Assembly: GCF_964355755.1 (NCBI RefSeq)
Contig: NC_092671.1
Location: 13,330,001 to 13,394,000 of the forward strand
DNA: 64,000 nt
Direction: 5' to 3'
Source: Antedon mediterranea
Taxonomy: Eukaryota > Animalia > Echinodermata
The notes under the pieces were generated by a model that did no database searches, had not been told where the DNA came from, and was given only the letters and a program-made list of their open reading frames with translations. The position numbers and the translations under genes were made by a program. Below, piece by piece: positions 41,477 through 56,199 of this stretch. Position 1 is the first letter of the stretch. Every line of letters starts with the position of its first letter.

Positions 41477-43853
41477 TACCTACAGTGGATGTACTCAAAA
41501 TGAACTATAATTGGCCGGAACAGAATATCACGTCAAAACATTGATTTAAATTGTAGAAAAGTTTATTTGTTTGCAAATAGGTATAAATATAATGTCAATA
41601 ACACCTCGTGATATGTTTCTGTTCTCATGTTTAGCCAGTTGTCAGATTATTCTAAATTATATTGAACTTCTTATGTGTAAACATTAGCTAAATTTATATT
41701 TTGAGTTGTCTGAATATGATCGTACCACATGTACTTTTAACTCTAATTACTGATTTACTAATACTAATTTTGTTTCCCTACTTTAATGCCAAGACATGCA
41801 CCATAATGTTATATTAGTTTTATAACATAGTTCATGTCCTTGTACCACAAAATATTGTAATAACTATTTAAACAGATATAATTGAGCTATGGATATAAAC
41901 AATGACCTTTTCTAAAATCACGATTTAAAAAAAAACGCTAAAATAGCATTGACTGATGATTTGTCAAACTTGGTATTGTATACTCAATCATATCCATGTA
42001 TTTGTGCAACACAATGAATAAGTTATTCGTTTATATTATTCCTCCATCCACCCAGGCTGTATTTACCATTCGTTCGTTTAGTTTATCGCAATGTGGTAAA
42101 TTTATTTTGGAAACTTCGCTGCTGGAACTTTTTCAACAAGTCATTCATAACAAGTTAACCGATGAGGGCAGCACACTTTCCCACAACTGATGGAATTAAT
42201 ACCGGTAGGCTACATTTGCAACCTATAGCCAACATTGTACATATCATATCTCTGTTTGCATAAATCGCAAATCCCTTTAAATCAGAAGTTGCTAATGCTA
42301 ATACTATCAGTTAAATACATTGGTTGATTTCATTATATCGACTTGTTAATATTTAATGACGTGTGACTTCAGTGAAGCGCACACGTCATCGATTTTGTGT
42401 TGTTTGCATTGTCATCGTCAAATTAAAGTGGCACGATATATCTTCATCGTAATATTAGATCATATTAGTGAAGTGGTTCAACCTCATTCTACAATATTGG
42501 TGCCACTTTCACATGTTGGATTCTCTTCAGCGCTACTTTTTGAAGATCTAATAATGCCTTTTTAATAAGACCACAGTAATGATCGCTTTTTCCTGATTTA
42601 TAAGCCTACATTATGAAAAACATTAGTATAAATATTATAACACCAAATTGTCCAGAGGTCTAATTAAAAGTAGGTATTTCTGAACAAAATCTAGAGACAG
42701 ACAATACGATCCTGGATTTGTATTTAAATGGAGCATAGAATCATTTTGAGAGCGTTTCAATCGCAATAAGTAATAATAGTCAATGTATCGTTCGTTTGCC
42801 TTCTTTCTAACTAAATGTTGCTAAAATATATGCCTAATGTCACTTAGTTGTATAGTATTTTTCTTCAGACCTGCATGTAGGCACACAACCAACTCTACAG
42901 CTGTACAGCCCAGAGAGGCTAGATAAGTTGAATTTGAAAATAATAAACTTATTGTCCTGTATTTTTTTTTAACTGACGTAACTTTAAAAAAAATTACATT
43001 TTAAATTTATATTGTTGGATACAATCTGGTTTTTTTTTCACCATAACATAGCCAACTATGTTTTTATCCTAAAAACATGGGTTTATTAACTGAAAACAAA
43101 ATCCATACTTTTGCCTGATGGATTCCTGAAAAGGCTAAATTAACACAAGGCTATGGGTCGTTATTCTGCAATAAACTCGAATATTTTGTTTTCATCCTAA
43201 CACCTCGCAAAATGTGTGTATCCACACCTAAAAACATGGGTTAATTAAATTGAAAATTCACTATATTTTATAATACGGAAACCAGATAAAAATAAGATTT
43301 AACTTGATAAATCAATGATTAAATTGAGAACAGATGTAGACAAATATCTGTTGTTGACGATAATGACTTATGTCACGACTACATTAACTTTTAGTGTATA
43401 TTCAACATTTGGCCTTACAATTTATTGAAGAATGTCTCCGAACATTTATGGTTCAATGTTTACCTAATTGAGTATAGGCCCAAACATACAATTACACACT
43501 ATTTTAAATGATGTTCGATTGTCACAATGTTATTTCAGATTGTGTAAAATCATTCGAGACCTTTGTACACTAGTTTTTGTTTTTTTGTTTATTCTGTACC
43601 GTTATAATGGTAATCTTTATTGGGATGAGCAAGAGGAGCAATGAAATCCAAATTAACTACGTGTTTAATACACGTAAAAGAACATTAGTGTGATAAGCAC
43701 ATATATAATATTTTATGTTTGTCTTGTTCATTGTATTTATGTTTGTTGTGGTATGTACAAAGCAACGCATCACATTTTCAGCAAATGTGTTCGTTCTAGG
43801 AAGTATAATAATTACATCATGTCTTATTTTTACTTGTTTTGTATCTTATTTAG

Positions 43854-43959
43854 AAACTAAAATTGACCACTTGAAAGTTGATAACATCAAGTTGGACACA
43901 ATATCAACTGATGGAAGTAGATCAAACCAATCCTCCCCAAATGGCAGACGGAGAGGAAG
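43854..43959 (+). CDS. Putative upstream coding exon of NOX5 (N-terminal extension)
   Basis: Pyrimidine-rich acceptor ...tatttag, strong donor AAG|gtgagt and an open frame ETKIDHLKVDNIKLDTISTDGSRSNQSSPNGRRRG. Its phase-2 end joins 62023 in frame. Confidence 0.65.
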
Positions 43960-46900
43960 GTGAGTAAATAACACGTTATAAATGTATGCTTTTAAAGATT
44001 GCATCGATAAAAAGAATAACAAATACATTTTAAAACAACAATGTTTCACTCGTGTGAGGATTTATTTTCTGAATGATGAAAGCTTTGAAAAGTGGCAAAA
44101 GAGTATATTTCAAATATTACCTAATGTGCCAAGGATTATCCGTAAAAAGCAACAATCCTGCAGGCTATAAATAATATAAACTGGATATATTTCTACGGAC
44201 TAGAACGTCTACACACGAGGAAATACACCTTTTTTAATTTGATCAAACTTGTGTTGCTTAGCAACTCAAGAGGTTGTAAAAGAAATGTCAAAACCTCGAC
44301 CAATTCCTTCATACCGGTTGTAGAACAGTTTATCAAAGAAATTGTGAAATGCTACAACTGCTGATCTTAATTAGGCCTACTACTAAACTTATATAATGGG
44401 ATACAATATTAGGTTCTAATTTTTGTGTAGGTAACGTTGGCCTTGCAATAATATTAGGCCTATTACATTTTACATTACTAAATAAATATTCAAATGGCAC
44501 TGTAAGCCTACTAAATGTTCTTATTCAACATATTGTGGAAAATAGAAATACAGTGAAATGAACTGTAAACTTCCTGATCTACTTTATACAGTATTCAAAT
44601 AAAGTACGAAACGCCAATTGTGTACTTCGCTTACTGTTTTTTTTTTAATAATCTCGGTCAGTGATCACAACAGTTAAAGTCCATTTATGTTTTGTGAACC
44701 ATGGCTTAATGTCTAACCAAGGTATATCTGCAATCTGTAATGAAATCAAAATACTAACGTAACCAAAATTCGTTTATTAAAACACATTTTGTTATTGATT
44801 CTCGCGTACCCATTAACGGTCCAGTTCTCGTTTATTTCGGCTGAATAGTCTCTGAGATAACATACTACAAATCAACCATCATAGGTCCATAATTTAGTTA
44901 GTTATTACCAAATCGATAAGTAGAGCCACATTATCTTTTAGTATATGTAAACGTAGTTGCCTCTAAATACTGAAATTTGTTTTAGATGAACCTTAACTTC
45001 TTTATTCACCTTTTATAGTCATACCGTATAGTCTACCATGCAATATCATGTATAGGCTATTGGAAGACTAGTAAGGTATAACAAAAAAATGGTATACATT
45101 ACATTTTTTTACACGGAATTCCATATACAACCCAAAGGAATTCAAATATTTGTTTTCTTTGATGAAATGTTTGAACATGCGTACATTATTCGTTTGTTTT
45201 AGTAATTCGTGAATAGGGAAACACAGGCGTATAGTCGCGTTTATAAATAACAAACACAGGCTGTTATATGTCACCAGTCACCAAAATATGAATGATAATA
45301 CTTTAGATTGGAATCTGACAATGAAAATGATAATAATCACTAATTATGATATCCTGTTATATATCATATATTCTACTTAAATAGAGAAAAATGTATAGCA
45401 CATCCCCGGGCGTATTTTAAAAGAAAATACAGTTCCAGAAATGGGGCTCTCCGTCGATACATGATACATGAATAGGAACATAAAGCACGTTAGATAAACA
45501 AAAATGGAGCTGAATAGCTAAGGAGTATGAATACGATGTAGATGAATGTAAGATATGCTGTGTTTATTTTATTTTGACATATCCAGCAGTTCTGTATCCT
45601 AAGCATCTTTCACTCAACGTCAGTTAGATGGTAGTACGTAATCCCGTTGTGTATACGTCGTACTGATATCAGTATACCTTCCACCTTGCCAGATGAGACC
45701 TTAGTACAAACGATGCATTTGCTATCAATTTTATTTTTAAGAAATATTACAAAATACAAAATGATGACAATATTTAGATGTTTTCGCAAGAGGTAAGTAA
45801 TCATTTCTTAGATTTGGCCGTGATGCAGAGATTATTATAACTTGTTCACTCTGGTTCCACAGGTTATGGGCTTTATATTACAGCAAAAGGTTTAGAGTAT
45901 CTATATTCAAATATTCAATGGAATATATTTTCCGAACGTATGGTATCAGTTGTCTTTTGATCTATCTTTATAGTCTGTTCCATGAATTACATTACCCATC
46001 TGCACTTCACAACAATGTAAAATAAGTCAGCCACTAAACATAATAATGGTCCACTAATGTAACGTTAACCACTATCAGGACGCTAACAGGATCTACTGTA
46101 CTTTGTGGGTATTGGGCCTATTAGATCTAATGTTCAGCAACGAAGGTGGTATGAATAAAAAAAAACATAGCTTGTGGGTCTATTTTTGCCAATTTAAATT
46201 TAACACATCAAATAATTTAATTAATCCAATCATCAGCATAACTACTGATTCGTTAAATTGTAAATTAAAGCAATAAATCCATTCAATTTGAATTTTTCCA
46301 GTAGATTTAAGACATCATTGGTATTTTTGTAATCCGTTTTAGTCCAGCATCAAAATAAGTAATAGAACTGTGTGGTGAAATTTGACAAAAAGAGAATAGT
46401 CGAAGGTTTAAACATTTCTAGCATGCAATACAACCGTGCACTAATTTAATACAAGATACGATGACATAAAATATTGCCTTCGTGATTTTAACCTTGTATA
46501 TGAATGGGCTCCACACAGGAAGATCCAGATAAGCTGCTATATTTAGTTAAAAAGGACAAAGCATTGTACTTTTAAATTTTCGTCTTTAAAATATACACAG
46601 TTGGTTGACCGATAGAAAGGATTAACGATCTTTTTTATTAACGTTGCTGAAAAGAGTGGTTGTACTCAAACTATCTGAAGATTTTTAATTAGGACTATGA
46701 ATAAGTGTATTGTATACACTAAAATCGTGTACAGTAATTAAATAGAAATACTGCTGATATACTAATAAGGAGCCGGTGGAGCATTTCTAAAACTGTTTGT
46801 ATTTTACGAATTACGGGGTGTTTTTTTATTATTAAACATTAACAAAACTAAGCCAAGTTGCCACCCATGCTTGATTGTTGTCTAGAATTACCAGAATTTG

Positions 46901-48695
46901 GAGCTTCTTAATTCAAAATTATCAATTTTAGCCAAGGGCGTGAGTAGTTTATTAAACAAGCTTATTGAATGCAATGAATAAGATGTTGACATCACCATTA
47001 CAATTACCTTCAACACTTACTACAAAATGGTTCATTGCTCTACTTTTTGTAATTAATTATTGTATTGATAAACTTATTAAACTTCGTTTGCGATGTGCAT
47101 GTGATGTAGCCTGTGATATAAAATAATGTGACGTACTTGAATCAAGTCAACTAAAGAAATACACAATTATACAGCCCACTCTCCTACAGTATCATGTCAA
47201 GAAACTATATACTAGAGGCATACCAAATTTTGATTTCTGTCTACTTTTGCTGAGGTGGGTTTTTGTTGTTTTATAAATATACTTTTTTTTGTATTGCATA
47301 CCTAATTTTATGACTTATAGCCAAAATAAAATATCATTTTGTTTACTTTAATTCGGTTTGCCTTCTTTAATTTTCTGATTTTGTTGATTAATTATGTGTA
47401 ATTACAAGACCAATTAGTGTTACAGGCGGCTATAGTGCCTTTGGCTATTGTATTATCAGTTATAAGGGATTGATCTTTTCTTTTATTTTGACCTTATCAA
47501 ATTAATTATCCCTAATGAATAAAGCCATTATCATGTATGTATAAAATAAAGAATCCTTAATGGTAAATAGGTATGAAACAGTAAAGATGAGAAAATTTTA
47601 GCCTAAACTGAGACTGTAAACTCGGGTATTTTGTAATTACATTAGACCACTGGGATGTTCGTGTATGATTAGATAGAAACACTTTCACTTATAACGCATT
47701 TGGCCTCCCATAATCAATCAACAACGTTGCTAAAAACGCTAACTATGATGATGAGGATCTCCAAATTCGCCTAACTATTCTATCTGCTACTACGGCGTTA
47801 GCTTTTTACTCTGTTACACAGAAATAAGAACATAATCGTAGGTCCTATAAAATAGTAAACGTAAAATTAATAATCCTGTTATTAAGAACATCGTAAATTA
47901 CAAAGTTAACCTTTTTATAAAACATCACAAATTTGCGGTTATCAAATATTACAGATAAACCATAGATAAAAGACTTTTAATTTATTTTCAAAAAGTCTTT
48001 CAAATTCATAGTGCTTATTCTTGAAATAAAAATTATGTAACATTGACTTTTGAAATCACAACAGTTGCGGCAGTAATCAATCATGGTTCTTATTATGATA
48101 ATTCCCAATACAAATATTTTAATCCAACAAATTAGACAACAGCTAATATCAAAGACTACACACTCAAATCGATAAATAGATAGAATGAACATATTGCCGG
48201 GATGGACTCGTTTGCTGAGCGGAATCTTAATATTTGCCGAGAGAAAGCACACACCAATTATTGGTATGGAATTGTGAGTCTGACGACGATGATGAAGACA
48301 CGCGTAATAAAACATCACGCGTGGACAAGTGCACTGTACATAAACAAACATAACTTAAGATTGTCATCACGTGCTTTTGTACAAAGTTGTTCAGATACTT
48401 AGTCGATTAAGATAACAAACAAGGGTGTTTTCTTTGAATTGACTATTATATATAAACTACTAATGGACAAATTAATTAATTAATCTTATATCATCTGTCA
48501 TTAAGACATTCGATAAAATTTAACAAAATATAATATCAATTAATATAACTTATGACCATCTGGAGTAAGAGATAAAATAAGATAATTAAACGCTTAGGAA
48601 CTATGCAAAATACAGAGCGACAAAGGGCGTGATATTTATTATTTCAGCTCATATTGAAGATACAGATAACTAGACATTTTATTACAGTATAATTT

Positions 48696-48746
48696 AAAAG
48701 CGCCTTGAGCACTTTGGGGATATGTGCGCTTTATAAATGTTATTAT
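48696..48746 (+). mobile_element. 3' tail remnant of an L2-clade LINE or a partner SINE
   Basis: taaaagcgccttgag...gtgcgctttataaatgttattatc resembles the conserved L2 3' stem-loop followed by a short-repeat tail. Confidence 0.5.
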
Positions 48747-48899
48747 CTTATCTAAAGTCATCACTAGTATATCTCGAAAATCAATTAAAAAAACTATATA
48801 CATTTTAACTCACAACAATAGGACCATAACGGTACAAACAAATAAATAAACAAAGCAAGTAAAAACCCACACACAATTTAGAATACTCATTTCAACAAT

Positions 48900-49340
48900 G
48901 TCTATATAGACGTGAAATCCCGTTTATTTGACGCATACATAGCAAGTATTTTCTTATATAACAGTGAACTCTGGGTACTAAACAAAAAATTACAAGAGAG
49001 TATAGATATATATCACAGGAAAATGTTGCGAAAGATGATAGATATTAAATTAACAGATAGAGTGTGTAACACGAAAATATACGAGATAACAAAACAAGAA
49101 GAATGGAGTAAAAGAATTAAACGAAGGAGACAACCAATCAAACAAACAATGAAGGAAACTAACAGGAAAGTAAAACGACCCGTAGGAAGACCAAGAAATA
49201 CCTGAATGAATCAAATAAAGAAAGACTTACAAGGACAAGTAGACACTAACACAATAACAAACCATCCTGCCATAAACAGAAAAAAATGGAAACAAATTGT
49301 GGAAAGCGTAATGTCGGAAGACGGAAAACGTTAACAACAA
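48900..49340 (+). mobile_element. 5'-truncated RTE-clade LINE with 12-bp TSD
   Basis: RT C-terminal motifs LFDAYIASIFLYNSELW, HRKMLRKM and KRPVGRPRNT(W->stop); (AAC)n tail; catttcaacaat duplicated at 48888-48899 and 49341-49352. Confidence 0.85.
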
Positions 49341-49484
49341 CATTTCAACAATAGGGTAACCTCAACAGTATATTTTATGACATGACTAAAGGCAAATATC
49401 ATTTATTGGTAACTACTATTAATTACTGTAGGTTTGTAGGGTATTGTGTTGGAAAACTTTAAGGGTTAGATACTCCGCCGATGA

Positions 49485-49570
49485 TGTGGACGAGGCCGGA
49501 TTCGAACGTACGAAAGTATGTTTCATGCATTAATTGGATGTAACTACTGACTGTACCACTGCCTCGATTC
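49485..49570 (-). mobile_element. Degenerate tRNA-derived SINE head (possible)
   Basis: Minus strand has an A-box-like gtggtacagtcag and a B-box gttcgaatcc; no tRNA cloverleaf is recognisable. Confidence 0.35.
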
Positions 49571-51162
49571 TTAGGCATACATTTATCATTTGATTGAAAA
49601 AGTAACTATATGCTAAAACTGCCATGGAGTATTACTATTATATAATAATATATATAAGGCTATCTATTTAGGCATGTCTGTCCCCACATTACTAAGCTGC
49701 TTCAGATAATGACCTTTGTTTTTTACTTATAAGTAATAAGTAAAAAGATACCAAACAAAATAATGTGCTGACGCTAGCTTAAGATGATTATTTTAGTACA
49801 TTGCTCTCTCTCCGGAGAATAATATTAATTTTCATTTATTCTTTCATTTCGTAAACATCAAGTACATATCAAAATAAATATAAGTCGGGTAGCACTAACC
49901 CGTCCTCAGTCCAAATTAAATAATAAGCTATATAAGATATATAAGCTAAATATTATACATTGCATAAAGAAAAGAATATATCTCAGTCAATCGCATTACA
50001 CCATTATTGTGAAGAAAAAGAATCGGTATTTTTAGTTTTGTATTTGGCTTTAAGTTTTGAAATGTACGGAAATATAATAAATAGGGAGCTAATTCACACA
50101 GACATAAACCAAAAGAAATATTTATATTAGATTGATCTGTTCAGGATTATTACGCTATGCTCATAAGTATCTCGTAGCCAACAGGTAAATGTAGGCCTAA
50201 TGATTAATAATATAATAAATATAAAATAATTAATTTGATTGCTATCAATTTCCAAGTTAATTTAATTATTATCATTTTTTAATCGTTTCCAATGTTAGTG
50301 TATTTTGAATATTCAGTTTTAATTGATTCAATCAATTATATTTGTCACTACATCTTCTGAACATGTAGGCCTACCCTATGACAAAGAGTGTGGCAGTTAC
50401 ACACAAATATTACCTCACCCATTTTTAATTGATCAGATATCACGTAATTAATATAACATGTCGTCATCAAATGTAAATATTGTATATATCGTGAAATGTA
50501 AAGCCTACACAACTTTACAATTACGCACGCTGTACCGCGAGTTTCGAATTTTAACAGGAAAGAGTTACGTAATCGACCCCTCGCGGAATATTGCCACACG
50601 CTTTTTTTCGAATATACATTATTGCAGTACGCGTGCAAGGGTAGATGTTTTCTAGATGGTACTGTACCTGGATCCTGTTAATAATAATTATTATTATAAT
50701 TGCATTGGTATTAGACTTGTATTCATTGTCTTTTTTTTTATATATATTTGTTTTTATTTCGATTTTTGTCTGAAAATACACAAACTCAAGTAATATACGT
50801 ATGAAACGCCATATGTGCAAAAATATTTATATTTTATTATATTTTTACTAATATTAGGCAAAACTCCGTCTGGAATCCAGACTACATTGGTATATGAACT
50901 AGCCTAATAAAAACTGATAATCATTCAATAAATGTTTATTTGAAAGTTATAACAAGCCGCTTATTTGATAACATGCTAGTTTTGGATCGAGATATCTCCA
51001 CATAAAATAAACGAGATGTGGAAGCAGGGAAGATCCAGGGGTGTTGCCCTAGTGGCCCGGGCAACACCCTTAATTCCATACTAAATGTTGTTTCTGCCAC
51101 TAAATTAAAATTTAAGTTCCATTTCATCGTATACAATCTCCTGCACAGCAGTCACCAATAGG

Positions 51163-51690
51163 TATACTATTTTATCTCTTAGTGTACTTGAATTCTGTAA
51201 TCCGATTGGTCAATATGTATACGATATAATTCCGTAATACGCCCATTTACTCAGTCAAGCGGATCAGAAGGGTAATATATCCCGTATTACCTGTTTGATG
51301 TTTCTACGCGCGCGTTGTTTATGTATTGTATTTTTACCGTTAAGCGCATGCGTAGTTGTGACTTCAACCATCGAATATGAACCCGTATTCGACGGTCCGT
51401 AAAAAAAGCTAATCGTAATCATCGAAAGCTCCCTATTGTTGTTGTGATAGCTAGATTAAATTTATTACACAAGATACTGTATATGTTGGTTTTTTTTCTT
51501 TGTCTTTTGTCCAATTGCTTATATGTGTACACTAAGAGATAAAATCGTTGCACCCTGCTTGTTCTTACGAAATACGGGAAATAGGCTATCTACGTTCTGG
51601 TTCCATATTCCATGAGGCCTCATGGAATATGGAACCAGAACGTAGATATTTCCCGTATTCCGTGAACAAGCAGTGTGTAACTAATAATAC
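51163..51690 (+). mobile_element. Non-autonomous element with asymmetric inverted repeats and a long 3' hairpin (Crypton- or Helentron-like)
   Basis: 19-bp perfect IR at 51169-51187/51527-51545; hairpin 51555-51673 containing a 62-bp perfect palindrome. Confidence 0.7.
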
Positions 51691-54600
51691 CGCGCACAAA
51701 CTATATATCGGCGATCGACGTATTTATTGTTTGTAGAAAGGTTTCTGAGCATGCGCAGAATGAATTTCTGACTGACTAGTTGCTTGTGGTGCGTCATGTC
51801 ATGAGAGCAGGGAGATATCTCTCCTCTGATGAGAGGTACGAGAGGAGGCCAACACACACTGTGTTCGGGGAAAACCCGTCATATGGGTCGTCGATTTGTT
51901 TATAATTATTGCGTTTTGCCGGTTTTCCATAATTTAAGGCCAAATCATAATCTTGTGTATAGTTTTATTTTTCCGTGTAATACCCTATTTATCTTCATTT
52001 CCGTATACGGCCGTAATATTAGGCCGAATTTCCGTAGTAACAGAGAATTATACCGGTAGCAAAGCACATTTTGATAATAATAATAAATATACATTAACAA
52101 AGTATTGTTATTACTATTTGTTACTGTACCAGAATTACCTTCATCGGGAATTCTCCCTAACATTCGCATTGAACGCAACAAAAACTTTATCCTATTTTTT
52201 TTTTTTATTACCCACGCATAGCAGTGTTCCTAGCGCTATTACAGATTACCTCTAATGGATCAAGCATTCACACATGAACTTTGCGTTAAAAAAAATTAAT
52301 TTGCCATTCATTTATCATGAATTGTACGTACCATTTACGGCCATCTAGGGGTGTCATTTAACAATCCGTTTCGACACAGGCCACACGATGGCTCAAATAC
52401 TCAGTGACTACAGCCCTGGACTCTTTGGGAAACCCTCTTAAAATAGTCATACGTCCGCCCCACCTCGATATATTTTCACCCTTCGCTTGACATGTAACTT
52501 AGGGCCTATACACAGTAACGTAGGTACAGAAAATATGTGGTAGTTGTTCAAATTTCCCTGCAACCATAACTGCAATATATTTATCTATGTTGTAACATAT
52601 ATTAGGCCTACAAGTACAGTATTGATCAATTTGCCCCAATTACAACTGGAACCCCTAGGCGATACATATTATTTGCATTATTCTCTAGTATTGTAGAAAT
52701 TTAGTTTACTTAGTTTTGCTTGTATAATAGAACACAGCTTATTGTTATAATAACCCAGTTGAATTTATTTATTTATCAATGATATTTTAACAAAACAGCA
52801 ATTTATAATAGTTTAGCAATACCAATACAATGGGCGGTAATCTTTACTTTACTGTTAACGTGCACGTTTTTAAAATTATGACAGACATTTGACAAATCCT
52901 AACTCTTTAGGCTTTTACATTTTTACCCATCCTCTTTCATTATGGAGTTCTTTATAATTTCATTATTACGGCATCTTCAAATATGTATGAATAATGTTTA
53001 TTTGACGAAGATGAGTAATATCAAATGATCATTGTTTAGAAGAACATTTTTTATAGTAATGAGGTGAGACATTGAACTGATCTATCATACGTCATCTTAT
53101 GTTCAACAATATCCTCATCACTAATAATGCTACTAGAAACATTTCACTAAGCCCCGGCAATATATTGTCTGCTAAAACAGGATCTACGAAAACAACCTGC
53201 TGCCTTGTCAATTCAAAGAGTGTGCTTTCTCAATGATGGTCATTTCAAGTAAGTTTGTTTTGTACCAATCAAGTGGCGGATGTGTGTCTGTTGTAATGTC
53301 GACTGTAAGCTGTACTATGCCGTATGCTGTTTTATTTTTCTATCTTATCTGCTAAACTATACCGTATGCAATAATAATATGGTGATAATACCATGTGGTT
53401 AACAGTTTAATTATATAGCATCTATTATATTATTACATTGACTAATAATCAACATGGCACTTTAAAGTCATTGTTTTTGTATTCTCAACATTGATGAGCA
53501 ACAATGATATCAATTTTATCCTTGAAAATCTCCTTGCTATTATTTCAAGCATTCATGATTCATCTCATGGTTTACTATACAACCCTCATCGCTGGATACA
53601 TCACGATGAGTGACACATTTACATGTAATTTCACTATCCTCTAAAACTTTGTGTTTTGTATAGTATAACTTATTAGTTGGGCTATACACCACCCTTTTGT
53701 TTTTGGTTTCTTTTTTAATAAGAAAAAGAAATAAAAAATCTCATATTACCTTTGATTTATTTGACAAAATGATATCTTAAAGCATCATTTATGGATGTAT
53801 TACAAAAGGCCCGTATACCTCTGTCGTGGTGGATGTATTCTCATGACTAACCCTATTCTCCTCCTACTCCTCCTCCACAATTGTCTAGAAAAAGAAAGCA
53901 AGTTTTTTCACTTTGTATTTACTTCAAATAAAATTTAAATATAATACACTGCGATAGTTTACAGCTACTTTAAAATATACGCCAATAAGCCTGGCGTCGG
54001 ACTTTGTACAGTTTTCAATATATTAATATAAGTATACCTATTGAGTAATTTACAAATTTGTAATAATATTCTCTTTGGGTACTGATATCATTGTATGCAT
54101 TAATTTGTCACGCGCCACCAACTCTGTGCCTAGTTTCTATTGTGATAATCGTCTCTAACCAATACTTGATTGGCCAAATGTTTGATTGATATTTACATAC
54201 TATGGAAAGGCGATAAGTGTTAACATTGTTGTCATACGCCATGTTTCCTTTAAAGACACTATAACTCTTTCAGTTTCCCTGCGTTGCGTTAGCCAATACA
54301 GGATTTACTTCAATCCTGCCTAAATAGTAATAAGAAGTCCTTAATTTAATTATCCACTTGTAACATAGATTGTAATTTTCTATCAAGTGTGTTATTTTAA
54401 AATTCCCAAGTGGATTAAAGCAATGTGTGTTCATTGAGCCAACCATCTCCAGTACTTGTTCAGCTGAATTAATTTAAATACATACGGCAGGTAGCGTGTT
54501 AAATATGATTTTCAATGTTGTTTAACATTCTATGTGTCATGTAAAGTTTGAGCCCTCATTAGTGCGTTTAATATGCAACGTAGATAAGGTATTACTAAGT

Positions 54601-56199
54601 ACGTCCGAATATCAGACCCATGGGACGAAACAGGTTAGATACGATCGAACGTTTGTGCAATTGTCTCGAAACGAGTTTCGCAAAACGCCATCTAGACGAG
54701 CATCTAGACGAGCATCTGGGGTGTTTTGTTGATATTACATTGATAAATAATTGTATTGCGATTGATATTATCACGGACACGCTAGCAGCTACATAAACAT
54801 TTTATGTCAATTAAATCACATGTACTTTCTGTGGCATTCAACAGATTACAAGAGTATTGATAATAACATACGTAATATATACGGTATTGAGTATACTTTT
54901 AAAAAAAACAATTTCCTTGAATTAAAACAATCTGGAGTGTATGCTTTAATTAAAATATGAAAACAAACTGTTATAGGTCTATGTATTTTCCAGTGAAAAA
55001 AGTCCACTCTGAAAATAAGTGGACAACAACAAAGAAATTCCAAAAATCTGAAAAAATATGTTGTTTTTTTTATAGAAAATCCAATGTTAGTGGAAGCATC
55101 GTAGGAGTGTTTGGAATTATAAGAAAGGCTATGAAACTGCATAATAGTACGTTCGGGTTTCAAAATAACTTATAATGAATGCAAGTAATAGTCACACACA
55201 GTGGAATAATTAATCTAAAATTATATTTTACAAACAAATTTAAGATTTAGAAATTAATCATCATGAAGATAAAGTGAGCCATTTGAGGAATGTACGGCGC
55301 CGTTTATTGAATTAGCCATATTTTCTGTTATTATATTAAGTTGTTATGCTCTGTTTGCTGATGATGATGTTGTTATTTTAAAGTACTTTGGGCATGCATT
55401 ATATTATTAAAAACATTAACATCATGCTATCGTTTTATTGATTATTTCCGATATTTTTTATTAATAATTTACTATTTATCATTATAATATTATTGCTTGT
55501 TATTTATTTATGAGCAACACTATCGGTAATATACACAGTTAAGGTTAATTTTATCTCGTCAAAAAGCCTACTAAACTCCAAACATGGACAAATTTTATCA
55601 ATTTAATTAGAGAACTTGAAAAAGAGGATTCTCAAATAACATCCTCAAGCTATAGTTATTTTTTATTTGTTTATATTTACAATCGTAAAAGTGTTACAAA
55701 AACCAGTGCGTTGCGAAGGATTATTTTTGTTTATATATAGTTGTCATATAACATCCAAAGCTAACATGAGTATATCGTGTAGATATGTTTGACTGGCTAA
55801 TACAATCAATATAATTTAATTTTTGACCTAATTGCAAAAAGATTTTGGCAGAAATCCGTACGTATTTAAGAGAATGCAATACAAAAAATAAAGTTAGTTA
55901 TTGTCTGATAAAATGTAAACATTTACGTGGTCATACATCATGGCATAAACATGACCACGTGAGACATCTAATATACACTTAGGGTAGGCCTACGTATACA
56001 CAAATCGTCTCTTCGCGATATCGCTGACGTGTGTGAATTTATCATTATTCATTTATTGAGAGTTTTTCTTAACATTTAATTTTAGTTGAAGTTCATTTTG
56101 CAAATCTGCACACATTGTGCCTAATATCTTACAATATTCTCAGCAGTGGAATTTTCGATGAAAACGTCGAGATTCTCTCTCATCTTTATCTTTATCGAT

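Noticed and set aside
43060-43260. Direct repeat cctaaaaacatgggtt ~160 bp apart
   Set aside because: Two short copies only; likely internal to an unclassified repeat, with no further structure supportable.
51027-51071. cagggaagatccagggg...gggtgttgccc/gggcaacaccc hairpin, and similar caggggcggatccagg at 58524
   Set aside because: Isolated single MITE termini with no partner end found; too fragmentary to define.
51815-51890. ctgatgag...gtacgagagga...gaaa: hammerhead-like or rRNA sarcin-ricin-loop-like words
   Set aside because: Stem II cannot be closed next to GAAA and there is no flanking rRNA similarity; probably a repeat fragment.
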